Source of the DNA: a virus
Strand: one strand, 5' to 3'
IMG/VR virus record: IMGVR_UViG_3300025728_000008
Span: 1-64,000 of that record
Length of the DNA: 64,000 nucleotides
Shown: in pieces, positions 46,632 to 56,375 of the stretch
Position numbering within the stretch: the first letter of the stretch is position 1
Layout: each line of letters begins with the position of its first letter
Translations under genes and position numbers: made by a program
The notes under the pieces: generated by a model
What the model saw: only the letters and a program-made list of their open reading frames with translations
Told to the model about the DNA's origin: nothing
Database searches by the model: none

Positions 46632-47024
46632 TTATTTTGACCAATAGCCATACATAGAGCATGAGCCACTATCCCATAGGTCATAATAGTATCCATTCTC
46701 AAGCGTAACAAGATGATTAGCTACTCTTAATACAAATGTACCTTCTTTGTTCTTTTGAGAAAATTCAGCTACCTTAGGACGTTTAGTACCACGTTTGATA
46801 GTTAATTTGTTGTATGTAAAGCCATTGTTGATTAGAAATTGTTTCCATGCTTCATCACAATTAGGCATAACTTTCAATTCAAATCCTATATCATATAATT
46901 CACTATACACTTCATCCCATTCTTTACCAGTTGCTTTACACATTGCCCGAACTACACAATCACCAGTTTCTTTCTTTAATGGATTAGGGTTGTAATACTT
47001 GTTTCTTGATTTAGCCATGTACAT
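46632..47024 (-). CDS. hypothetical protein, possible Cys-His-Asp hydrolase
   Basis: YYNPNP..K.TGDCVVRA...NHLV...YYDLWDS. Confidence 0.55.
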   Translation of the reverse strand: MYMAKSRNKYYNPNPLKKETGDCVVRAMCKATGKEWDEVYSELYDIGFELKVMPNCDEAWKQFLINNGFTYNKLTIKRGTKRPKVAEFSQKNKEGTFVLRVANHLVTLENGYYYDLWDSGSCSMYGYWSK

Positions 47025-47963
47025 TCCTCCTAGTCTTCTAGTTCATTTCTAATAAATGTATAACCTTCACCGAAATGACTTAATTGTGTGTAATATGTGA
47101 CTTCATCTTGACCATATAAACGTTGTTGAATCATATAAACATAACCACCAGTATGTGCATGTTCTACTCGACTTACAACTGTATATTCATATTCTTTACG
47201 AGAATACACATCACCTATTTTCATTAAATCACTTCTTTTCATAGACATTCCTCCTATATTTTACATTTGCATTTACGTTGTTTACATACAATGCATTTCG
47301 GAAGCGCTTTTGCCATTTCTATTAATTTCTGTTCAAACTCATCAGTCATTGTCTTTGTAGTAGTTGGTACATTGTTGATGATTTCAACCTTTACTCCACC
47401 AGACACATAATATCCTTGCTTATCCTTTCTAACATTTAAATATCCTGCATTTGTTTCTACTATCCACTCATTGTGATTACACCATGATACATTAAAGAAT
47501 AAGATTTCTGTATGATTCATGCACACCCCTCCAATTCTTCTCTGATTTTAGCTCTCAATTGCAGTTCTTCAATCAATTCTTCTCTACTCATTAAATCTGC
47601 TGAATATACTTCTAATACCCACATAGAGTCTCTTTGGTCTTTATATACTGTGAATAATGGTTCACCATTTTCTAGTATTTCATATGCATCATCATATTTA
47701 GTGTATAAAACACTATCAATGTATCTGCTTTCTGTTAAGTTTCTAAATCCATATCCTTCTGTGTCATTTAGCTTTTCAAATGTATCTCTCAACATGTCAA
47801 GGTTACGACCTTTTGCATTTGCTTGCCTAATACCTTCCTGCAACACGATTACAATACCATTTCTCATTTGATAGTTGATTGTCATCCACATCACTCCTTG
47901 TTTTGTTGTTAACTCTAGTATACTAAATTATATGTCTCTTGTCAAGCGATTATTCCATTTATT

Positions 47964-48737
47964 TTAAAATGGACAATCTAAATCTTCTTGTGTTAATTTT
48001 AATGGCTCAATCTTTTCAGCTTCATCAGATTCCTTCATTATACTATCAGTTCCAAGTAAACAATCTATCCACAAACTTGATGGTCTAGTTGTATACTGTC
48101 TTGCATATGGACGTACTACAATTCCTTCTGGTGCTACTCTCATTTCTTCTGCTCGTATTGGTTCTATTGTTCTTGTTCTTGAAATTAATCTTAAATCTGG
48201 CAAATCTGGGATTGCATCAATGTATCCACCTATGTTTCTATGTCTTTCATTAGTTGTTACTTCTTCAATAGCTTGATTCAATTGCTCTTTTAATTGATTG
48301 ACTTCTGCATCTTCTGTAGTTTCTTCTTTTACCTCTTCTACTTCTTTAGGTTTTTTGTATGGTTTGATAATATCTACATTTTCTGTATCACGTATAACAT
48401 AGCTTCCCCAAACTGTGTGCCTTGCATGTTCTTTCTTTACTTTGAAGATATAATCACCTTCTCGGTATTCCTCAACGCATCTATCATTCACATTATCACC
48501 GTAAAACTCCCAACCTCTTTTCCATTGAATATATCCACCTTTACTAGTATATAATTCAATGTAATCTGATTCATCAACCATTTCTGTTTCACCTGCAAAT
48601 GTAAATACTCCAATTGAATATTGTGGGTCTTCCAATTTCTTTGCATATGTTTCTTCTACACTGCGTTTTGTATCAAAGAACTTACCAATCATCTCATCAT
48701 TTTTTACTAATGCATATGCTTTAATTTCCATTAACAT
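47964..48737 (-). CDS. hypothetical protein
   Basis: 257 aa; SD AAGGGAG; promoter at about 48777-48805. Confidence 0.7.
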   Translation of the reverse strand: MLMEIKAYALVKNDEMIGKFFDTKRSVEETYAKKLEDPQYSIGVFTFAGETEMVDESDYIELYTSKGGYIQWKRGWEFYGDNVNDRCVEEYREGDYIFKVKKEHARHTVWGSYVIRDTENVDIIKPYKKPKEVEEVKEETTEDAEVNQLKEQLNQAIEEVTTNERHRNIGGYIDAIPDLPDLRLISRTRTIEPIRAEEMRVAPEGIVVRPYARQYTTRPSSLWIDCLLGTDSIMKESDEAEKIEPLKLTQEDLDCPF

Positions 48738-48801
48738 CTCTCCCTTAATTGTTTTATTGTTTTTGTTCTTGTAAACAGTATATCATTAATTTTAATTTTT
48801 G

Positions 48802-49482
48802 TCAATCCTCATTTGAAACTTTACCAATTATTTTTATGTGGTGTGTTCCATCTGCTTGAATACTACCTCTTTGATAACCTGCTTTTACTTTATCCATATC
48901 AAGTTCAATAATATAATCACTTGTGCTAGGGCTTCTATTCTCTGTTTCAAAGAAGCATGAGACAGTACACCAACCACTTTCGATTAAATCTGCACCTGCA
49001 CTATTTACATATAATCTGATTCTATTTTTACTTACCATGAATTGTTTTAGGTCTTCTAAGAAATCCTGTCTATACTTTTTCTTTAATTCTTTTAGACTTT
49101 CATTTGTATATTTTCCTAAATTTCTAATTCTTGCTTTTGGTGCAATTTTAACTGTTGTACTGTTTGTTTTTTCTATAATATCTCTCTTGTCAATTTCAAT
49201 TTTTGTGTTCCATGTTTCGGGAATCTCTCCCCAACAATCTTCATAATTAGCATAAAAATGATGACCTCTTTTGTTATATCCTAATCCACAATCATCTGTC
49301 CATAATGTAATATATTCTCTTTCATCTTTACTCTCAATATGTGAGTACTGCATTTTGCCAATTGTGTATTCATCTTGAGATAATTTATCACTATATTTCT
49401 CTTGTAATTCTAATTGTGAGAAGAAAAACTGACTCATTTTCTTGTTACCTTTTTTAAGGAAATATGCATTTCTATTTACCAT
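48802..49482 (-). CDS. hypothetical protein (paralog of 37652..38305)
   Basis: shared N-terminal ~60 aa. Confidence 0.7.
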   Translation of the reverse strand: MVNRNAYFLKKGNKKMSQFFFSQLELQEKYSDKLSQDEYTIGKMQYSHIESKDEREYITLWTDDCGLGYNKRGHHFYANYEDCWGEIPETWNTKIEIDKRDIIEKTNSTTVKIAPKARIRNLGKYTNESLKELKKKYRQDFLEDLKQFMVSKNRIRLYVNSAGADLIESGWCTVSCFFETENRSPSTSDYIIELDMDKVKAGYQRGSIQADGTHHIKIIGKVSNED

Positions 49483-49598
49483 TTAACCAACTCCCTGTTA
49501 TTTGTTGTTAAACCAAGTATAGCATGTATGTGTATCTCTTGTCAAGAGATTGTTTTAAAAATATTTGAGGGGATTTTTCACCCCTCATTATGTATGTA

Positions 49599-50384
49599 TT
49601 AATTATGTAAAATCTCACCTATGTCCGCCAATCCACCTATTGCTTCAATTTGACCTAACATCATATCTTTATAACTTTCAAAATATCCTTGTGCTTCTTT
49701 ATGTAGTTTTTCATTAATCATTATTGCCATTGGATAGATAACTTCTTCATGTGTTTGGTATGTATCAAAATGTCTTCTAAAATCTAATTTATCTATGACA
49801 CCATATCCATATTGTTTCTTGTCAAATTCACCAAAATCAACTATAACTGGTAATCCTGTATGCTTATCAATCATAACGTTTCCGCTATGTAAATCATCTG
49901 GACTGAATCCTGCTCTCATTATATCTTTAATTAGTTCTTTATATACATGATTGAAACGGGTACTAACAAAATTATCAATCTTTCCACTTCTAACTTTGTA
50001 ACGATAACTTGATATAGTATATCCATCAACTTTACTCATTATGACTGCTTTTACTTCTTTATTGTGATGGAATACCCCGTATAAACGGGGCACATGTTCC
50101 AGATGTTGTAATTGCCCTAATACTGAAATATCATGACTGCGCCAATATCCATGTTGGAATACTTTAATCGCATAATCTTTATATCCGAAAACAATTGCTT
50201 GTGCCCCGTGACCTAATTCATCCCAATCATCTAAATTATCTCTTCCCATAACTGCATTTTCTAACTTGCTACATATATATTCAAAGTCATCTAAATTTAT
50301 GTTTGGATTTAATCCTTTAAATTGTAAGTTTCGCATTCTTTCATTTAACGGGTGGTTAATAATATAGTTATCATGTTCTCCCAT
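49599..50384 (-). CDS. Ser/Thr protein kinase-like protein
   Basis: LGHGAQAIVF, AIK, DLHSGNVM and IVDFG. Confidence 0.85.
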   Translation of the reverse strand: MGEHDNYIINHPLNERMRNLQFKGLNPNINLDDFEYICSKLENAVMGRDNLDDWDELGHGAQAIVFGYKDYAIKVFQHGYWRSHDISVLGQLQHLEHVPRLYGVFHHNKEVKAVIMSKVDGYTISSYRYKVRSGKIDNFVSTRFNHVYKELIKDIMRAGFSPDDLHSGNVMIDKHTGLPVIVDFGEFDKKQYGYGVIDKLDFRRHFDTYQTHEEVIYPMAIMINEKLHKEAQGYFESYKDMMLGQIEAIGGLADIGEILHN

Positions 50385-50877
50385 ATTTTCATCCCCTTTG
50401 TGCCAATTTGTGTTAAGGCTAGTATACTATTATTTTTTGTGCTTGTCAACTACTAACTGTAACTTTTAATCTATTATATAATTCGACACGTAAACAATTT
50501 ATTTCTTTATCACTTATAAACAATTGTGATGCATCAATGATTGACATCCCCATTCTTTCAATATCTCCTACATATAATTCATTGTCTAAGCCAATATTCA
50601 CCATATTCATTAACTGTAATGAAACCATACGATATTCTTTTGATTTTGTCATGAGCAACAACTCCCTTTGTTTTATAGTGTATCTTATGTGATTATATTT
50701 GATGTGTGACTTGTTAGGGGTATATTGTTTTAAAAATAGTATTTGCACCCAGATTTTTATCTGTTTTGAGCCAATAATATATGAATCTTTGTTTGGGGCG
50801 CAGGACATTCAAAAAAATACTCTCATTAAAATATTCGTTCGTTCCATGCCAATGAAACAATACAGGCGAAAACGTGG

Positions 50878-50933
50878 ATAAAATACGAATTTTATCAAGA
50901 AAAACAGGTGCAAAATGTTCCGTCTATTGACGG
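50878..50933. repeat. composite site
   Basis: ATAAAA-TACGAA-TTTTAT at 50878-50895, 24 bp, then CCGTCTATTGACGG at 50920-50933. Confidence 0.8.
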
Positions 50934-51004
50934 TATAAATTTTTTTGTTACTTCTGTATCAATAGAATTATAGCGAAAAACAAGGAAAATCAAGCTGATT
51001 CCCC

Positions 51005-51781
51005 TTATGATTCCATATTCCATACTAATCTGTTTATTTCTCCACACAATAATGATAAATCTTGATATGATTCATTTTCTTCATTTTTGACTGCTGTATC
51101 ATAAGCTAAGTTTTGTATCAATTTTATTGTCTTTTCTTGTTCTTTTACTTTTGCTTCCATCATGATTCTATATTCGTGATGTGCTTTAATTTTTAATATG
51201 TGAGGATATAATGTTGTTTTTGCAGTTTGCAAATAACGTGCATACTCTGGATATCTGTCTCTACCTTCTTTAAACAGTGGCAAGAAATATTCCTCTGTTT
51301 CCAATGCTTGACGATATTCTTTTTCTGGCGTTGCATCTTGTAATGTAGACATATTATGTTTTCTGTCTGCTGTCTTGACTAATAATTTTCGCCAATCTTT
51401 CAATATCTCATTTAAGTAATGTACGAATGCAACTCTATTTGTCTTATAATCAATATTTGGGTCTTTTGTTACTCCTAATACTACATCTGCTACTTCTTCA
51501 CCAAACAATGATTTAATTGTCTCATATGTAATCTCTGGTACATCTTCAATACTGTCATGCAATACAAATGCTGTTAACACTATTTTATCTGTTATGTTGT
51601 TATTAATAAGGTCTTGTGTCCCGTCTACAAGATGCATATAATAATGTGTACCATCATGACGTTTATATCCATTTGTTGCATTCATAGTAACCAACATCCA
51701 ATTTAATGCTTTTAATGTATCCCAACAACCTAGTTCCATTAAATCCTTTTGTAATTGTATAACACGAGATTCTACTGCCAT
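51005..51781 (-). CDS. HD-domain protein, RelA/SpoT hydrolase-like (small alarmone hydrolase)
   Basis: KRHDGTHYYMH, LHDSIED, VLGVTKD and VKTADRKHNMSTL. Confidence 0.85.
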   Translation of the reverse strand: MAVESRVIQLQKDLMELGCWDTLKALNWMLVTMNATNGYKRHDGTHYYMHLVDGTQDLINNNITDKIVLTAFVLHDSIEDVPEITYETIKSLFGEEVADVVLGVTKDPNIDYKTNRVAFVHYLNEILKDWRKLLVKTADRKHNMSTLQDATPEKEYRQALETEEYFLPLFKEGRDRYPEYARYLQTAKTTLYPHILKIKAHHEYRIMMEAKVKEQEKTIKLIQNLAYDTAVKNEENESYQDLSLLCGEINRLVWNMES

Positions 51782-51789
51782 AATATCAT

Positions 51790-53240
51790 CCTCCTAAAAA
51801 TGTAAGTAATACCATTATATTATTATTATTTGCTTTTGTCAACATTATATAGTATATAGTCGCTATTTAATCACTATTGTTAATTTAATAACTAATGCTA
51901 ATATATGCATATATTGTGAGCAATATTTCAAATTTGCGGTAAGTATAATATAGGCATTTTTTCAAAAAATAAAGCGATAAATTTCTGGACTATTTTTTGC
52001 AGGTCTGATACTGTATCATATGTAATGGTTTCTAATGTGTGTGTGCTTGTGTTACAATTATTATGTTCTATGCTACATCATTATTACTATTTAATACTTA
52101 TTATTATTATTTGTTGTGTTTCTTCTTATATATAGTTAGAAGTGATGTAATAGTAATCTTTTTACATTATATGCTCATATTGTATATGTATCATGTGTTA
52201 TGCTCATCATTATCTATATTGCATACATACATATATTGCATACATACCTACATACATATATATGTACATACAGTATGGGTGATATTTCGAAATCGCACTA
52301 AGTTATATATAGTGGTTTTTTCAAAAAATCATCTCGTAAATTTCTGGAGCTTTTTCCCCGACTGGTGGCGCATCACAAAAACCAAATAAAAAGATATTTG
52401 AATATATCGGTATTTGAATATTACGATATGAGGATGAATTTGGAAGCCCGTGCAATCGGATATTCAAATATATAAATATATACAATTACATAAAGTAAGT
52501 ACGATACTATTTGTTAGGGATACAACTAAAAGTAAGTATAATAACAAATAGTAAGTTGCATAAATTAAATAAGCAACTTACAAAATAAATATTACAACTC
52601 ACTTATTTAATGTAAGTATGATAAATAAAAGTAAGTATAACCATGTAAATTATATAATATAAATATTTCTAAAATTAACAGTTGACAAACGGATATTTTT
52701 ATGAATTTCATTTATACAAAATTTATGTATATCTCATGTATAAATCATTAAAATTTAGGCTAAAATGTATAAATGAAGATACATAGCAGGGTATAATAAA
52801 CCTTGATATGAAGGGATTTATACATAAAAACTTATACAAAATACTGTATAAATACACTGTTTTCACTGAATATATACAAACATTCAAAAAACACAATATC
52901 CTCTGTAAGCTCGTTCACGGGTTTCTCTGGTGTTAATCCCTTGTCAAGCGACTAAAACGCTTAGAAACGATTTTGGAGCGTTTAACGGTTATTTTCAAGT
53001 TTCTTCTATATAATGCAAACAAAACAACAAATAAAAATTTTCCCTTATAATAGAAGAAACTAATAAATTTACTTGTAACATAACTGTAATATTCCTGTTA
53101 TTTGTTTGTAACATATTCCATGTTATATTATGTGTACAGAAAAGGAACACAAACACAAGAACAACTGTTCTGGTCATGTTCTCTCATTATATCGCTTGTC
53201 AAAAGACAAATGAAAAACTTTTTAAAAACTTTTTTTAAAA
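51790..53240. other. long non-coding region at the strand switch, with short repeats
   Basis: no credible ORF; repeats AAAGTAAGT, TAAATTTCTGGA and ATATTCAAAT/ATTTGAATAT. Confidence 0.65.
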
Positions 53241-53241
53241 A

Positions 53242-53270
53242 GAAGGAAACTTTTGAAAAGTAGCGAATAT
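53242..53270 (+). promoter_or_regulatory. sigmaH-type promoter 1
   Basis: GAAGGAAAC-11-AGCGAATAT. Confidence 0.7.
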
Positions 53271-53505
53271 AATAAAGTAAGAGCAACAGGGAAGGAAGTG
53301 AAAGCGATACGAACATAAAAAATAATGGTTTACCTCAAGTTCCTTGAAAAGTTAATAAAAGAAGTTTTATCTTGTATCCCTAGTGATGGATATCATGATT
53401 GAAGGACGGCAACCACCGACAAAATACAAGGTTTAAAACTTCCCTCTTTATTACTATAGAAAACATTCTCACGAGTGCTTTCTAAATAATATAAGAGGTG
53501 ATAAT

Positions 53506-53745
53506 ATGAAAGCTGAAAATTTAAGAAACTACATTGATAAGGAAGTAAAGGTTTCATTTTGGAATACATGGGAAGAACTTGTAAACAATGGTAATAGTTC
53601 CGAGTGGGTAGAAACAGCAGGGATTCAAACAATAAAAGGTAAAGTGATTTTACTTGACAATCAAGAACACATTTTACAAGATAGTGGGGAATTAAATTGT
53701 TTCCTTAATAAAGAAACAAAAATTACAATAGAGGTGGTTAACTAA
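53506..53745 (+). CDS. hypothetical protein
   Basis: SD GAGGTG; first gene of the plus-strand island. Confidence 0.7.
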   Translation: MKAENLRNYIDKEVKVSFWNTWEELVNNGNSSEWVETAGIQTIKGKVILLDNQEHILQDSGELNCFLNKETKITIEVVN

Positions 53746-54071
53746 TGGAAACTTACAATCAATTACCAAAAGCAATGATGTTATTAAATCAAGGTTACGA
53801 TGAAGACGAAACAGCAAAAGAAATTGTAAAAGGCTTGCAAGATGTAAATGTTTATTCTCGCTACGGTATTGCACATAAAATTGTCGAAAAGGCTGTAAAA
53901 GAACTAAATGCTATCTATAATAAAAAATACGAAATTACGTTCGTACTTGATGGTAAAAAAGAAATAATCAACGTTGATGCAAGAAATTTTGCCCACGCTG
54001 ATTATTTAGCAGAAGAACACGCAATAAAAAACAACTTCCCTAGTCATACATGCAGAATCAAACAATTGTAA
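53745..54071 (+). CDS. hypothetical protein
   Basis: translationally coupled (TAATG). Confidence 0.7.
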   Translation: METYNQLPKAMMLLNQGYDEDETAKEIVKGLQDVNVYSRYGIAHKIVEKAVKELNAIYNKKYEITFVLDGKKEIINVDARNFAHADYLAEEHAIKNNFPSHTCRIKQL

Positions 54072-54130
54072 ATTTTTGATAGAACACTAGTTACTATAAA
54101 AAGTATAGTAACTAGAATTGTATCAAAAAT
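54072..54130 (+). promoter_or_regulatory. long internal-loop hairpin (RNase III-like site)
   Basis: atttttgata/tatcaaaaat outer stem and ctagttactata/tatagtaactag inner stem. Confidence 0.6.
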
Positions 54131-54151
54131 AAAATTAAAGGGGTTTTTAAA

Positions 54152-54700
54152 ATGACAAACATTAAAGCGGTTGACTACTTATCACAAGTTCGTACAGTTG
54201 AGGAATTTGAAAAGTTCGTTTCATTACTTGCAAGCACTAAAGGAGCTATCACAAGTCAATTAAAAGGTTTTACATCTGTTCAACTAGTCGAGGACGTTAA
54301 CGGGCTAATAGATGAAATGGAATACACTGTAAAATGGATTAACGAACGTTTTGAAAGTGGCGCTTATTCTGGTAACTACGATGTATTAGAATCATTAAGA
54401 GAAAACAAGTCATATCTTAATAAATCAATATTCCAACTTAAAAACAATATTCAATATAGTATAACTATTCAAATACAGCAATATACAGAGGGTTTGGAAT
54501 GGAAAGATACACCAATCGAACATAGAGAAGTTTTAGGGGTTGACCGTGAAGAATGTGAAAACATTGCTTATCAAATGGTTAAAGTGATTTCTAACATAAA
54601 TGAAAATGAAATTCGCTACACTATTAACAACGGTTCAAACGGTCATTATGTGGGAAGTGATTACAAATTCAGAAACTACTATAAAGGAGGTAAAAACTAA
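54152..54700 (+). CDS. hypothetical protein
   Basis: 182 aa; SD AAAGGGG. Confidence 0.75.
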   Translation: MTNIKAVDYLSQVRTVEEFEKFVSLLASTKGAITSQLKGFTSVQLVEDVNGLIDEMEYTVKWINERFESGAYSGNYDVLESLRENKSYLNKSIFQLKNNIQYSITIQIQQYTEGLEWKDTPIEHREVLGVDREECENIAYQMVKVISNINENEIRYTINNGSNGHYVGSDYKFRNYYKGGKN

Positions 54701-54830
54701 TGTTAAAATTTATCAAACGTTTGTTCGTAAAGGAAAGCAAGCAAGATGTATACATGAGAAAGATTAACAATGTATTACAATTATGCGATGAACTGGAATT
54801 AAAAATAAAAAAATAAATTTCTTTTAAAAA

Positions 54831-54859
54831 GAAGGAATCTTTTACAGAACGTTGAATAT
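54831..54859 (+). promoter_or_regulatory. sigmaH-type promoter 2
   Basis: GAAGGAATC-11-GTTGAATAT. Confidence 0.75.
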
Positions 54860-54898
54860 ATTATAGTAAGAAGTAAAACAAAAAATAATCATATAAAG

Positions 54899-55300
54899 GT
54901 GGTTAATAACATGCGATTAAATGAATTTAATAAAGTAAACTCTGTACGCCAAAAGGAAAACGGGGAAATCATGAGTCATGAAGAATATTATGGAAATGTA
55001 GTAAATGGAATAGGTTTAGAAAGACTAGTTCAACTGCTTCCTGCGACTAAAGAGGAAATGAAAAGAAGTATGAAAAGATATGGGAATTTAAGCGGAATAA
55101 AATTGAAAGTATGGGACAATTCCGCTCAACACTTAACACATTACGTTCACCGTATCGGTGTTAAACGCTTGTCATTATGTGAAGGTGTTTGTATCTTGAA
55201 ACAAACTGCTATAATGTACTTACAGGAAGAAGAAAAGAGAGAGAAGCAGGAAAAAGAAGAACTAGAAAGAATTGTAAAAGCCCGTCCAGTATGGTTATAA
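54899..55300 (+). CDS. hypothetical protein (likely start 54911)
   Basis: SD AAAGGTGG. Confidence 0.7.
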   Translation: MVNNMRLNEFNKVNSVRQKENGEIMSHEEYYGNVVNGIGLERLVQLLPATKEEMKRSMKRYGNLSGIKLKVWDNSAQHLTHYVHRIGVKRLSLCEGVCILKQTAIMYLQEEEKREKQEKEELERIVKARPVWL

Positions 55301-55326
55301 AAAAAATAAAATAAATTTCTCAAAAA

Positions 55327-55355
55327 GAAGGAATCTTTTAACAAGTGCCGAATAT
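55327..55355 (+). promoter_or_regulatory. sigmaH-type promoter 3
   Basis: GAAGGAATC-11-GCCGAATAT. Confidence 0.75.
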
Positions 55356-55395
55356 AATATATTAAGAAACACAAAAAATAATGATGTAAAGGGGA

Positions 55396-55617
55396 TTGGT
55401 TCATATGACTACACGAAAAAAATTAGGTGAAAAGGCTATCCGTAACAGACTACAAAAAGAGGTTGACAGAATGTTTACACCAATTGAACAGGAATTTATT
55501 GGATGGTATGAAGATACAGAAAATGATATTTCCTACACATGGAAAGGAGAACACAACGGAAAAGATTTCCGTCTAGTATGTTGTAAATTTAGAGGTACAG
55601 TCACAATTTGTTCATAA
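55396..55617 (+). CDS. hypothetical protein
   Basis: SD AAAGGGG. Confidence 0.65.
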   Translation: MVHMTTRKKLGEKAIRNRLQKEVDRMFTPIEQEFIGWYEDTENDISYTWKGEHNGKDFRLVCCKFRGTVTICS

Positions 55618-55684
55618 ATTTTGTTAGAAAATATTCTAGAATAATAAACCTAATTATTCTAGAATACTATTGTAACAAAATTTA
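55615..55684 (+). promoter_or_regulatory. long internal-loop hairpin (RNase III-like site)
   Basis: taaattttgtta/taacaaaattta and tattctagaataat/attattctagaata stems. Confidence 0.6.
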
Positions 55685-56189
55685 AAATAAGGAGGTTGCA
55701 AGATGTCATTTCGTGGAATCTTAAAAGTATTAGCAATTATTATATTCGGATATTGCGCTTTACTTGTCTTGTCTCATCTAATAGTAAATTATGGTTTCTA
55801 AATATAAGGAGGTTACGATATGAAAAAACCTACTAAAGAAGAATTGAAAAGAGAGACAGAAAGAGAGTTATTACTATTAAGAAAGAATAAAGAAGCTATC
55901 ATTCAAAAACATATTGATAGAGGAATGAGCAGGGAATGGGCAGAAGAAGCATTTGAGGTATTTTATGAGATTTGGGGAAAATCATATGAATAATTGGTTT
56001 GTGTTCATTATGTTAACTGTCAATGATGATAAGTTACTTGCAATAGATAACGATAAAAGCATATTAGAAAAACATGATATTGTTATTCACTGGAATCTTA
56101 CAAAAGAAGATGCACTTTCTACAATGTATGAATATTCAAATAAACACAATATCAAAACTGTAAATTATAACCAATAAGGAGGAAAACAC

Positions 56190-56375
56190 ATGTACTATAA
56201 AATTAATGTTGCTAAAGATGGAAGGCATTTTTTCGCCACTGCTGAAAATAGTGTCCATTCAGAAGAAAAATTGAAAGAGGTTGTAAAAGTGTTTCGACAA
56301 AAGTTTCCAGAAAGTGAAGGTTATAAAATCAGTGCTATGTTAGTGCAAACAATAGGAAGTGAGGTTGAATTATGA
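56190..56375 (+). CDS. small hypothetical protein
   Basis: SD AAGGAGG. Confidence 0.7.
   Translation: MYYKINVAKDGRHFFATAENSVHSEEKLKEVVKVFRQKFPESEGYKISAMLVQTIGSEVEL

Noticed and set aside
1449-50895. ATAAAA-N6-TTTTAT as intrinsic terminators
   Set aside because: A 6 bp AU-only stem is too weak and has no separate U-tail; GC-rich terminator hairpins exist elsewhere in the window.
50899-50926. CGTCTA as an ECF sigma (SigM/W/X) -10 box
   Set aside because: There is no TGAAAC-like -35 at the right spacing, it would point antisense, and the element is palindromic.
894-52389. Plus-strand ORFs in the ORF track across the minus-strand region (e.g. 8122..8436, 15454..15891, 47512..47871, 52039..52389)
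   Set aside because: They are antisense shadows of real genes or low-complexity DNA, have no SD, and have S/F/L/I-rich composition.
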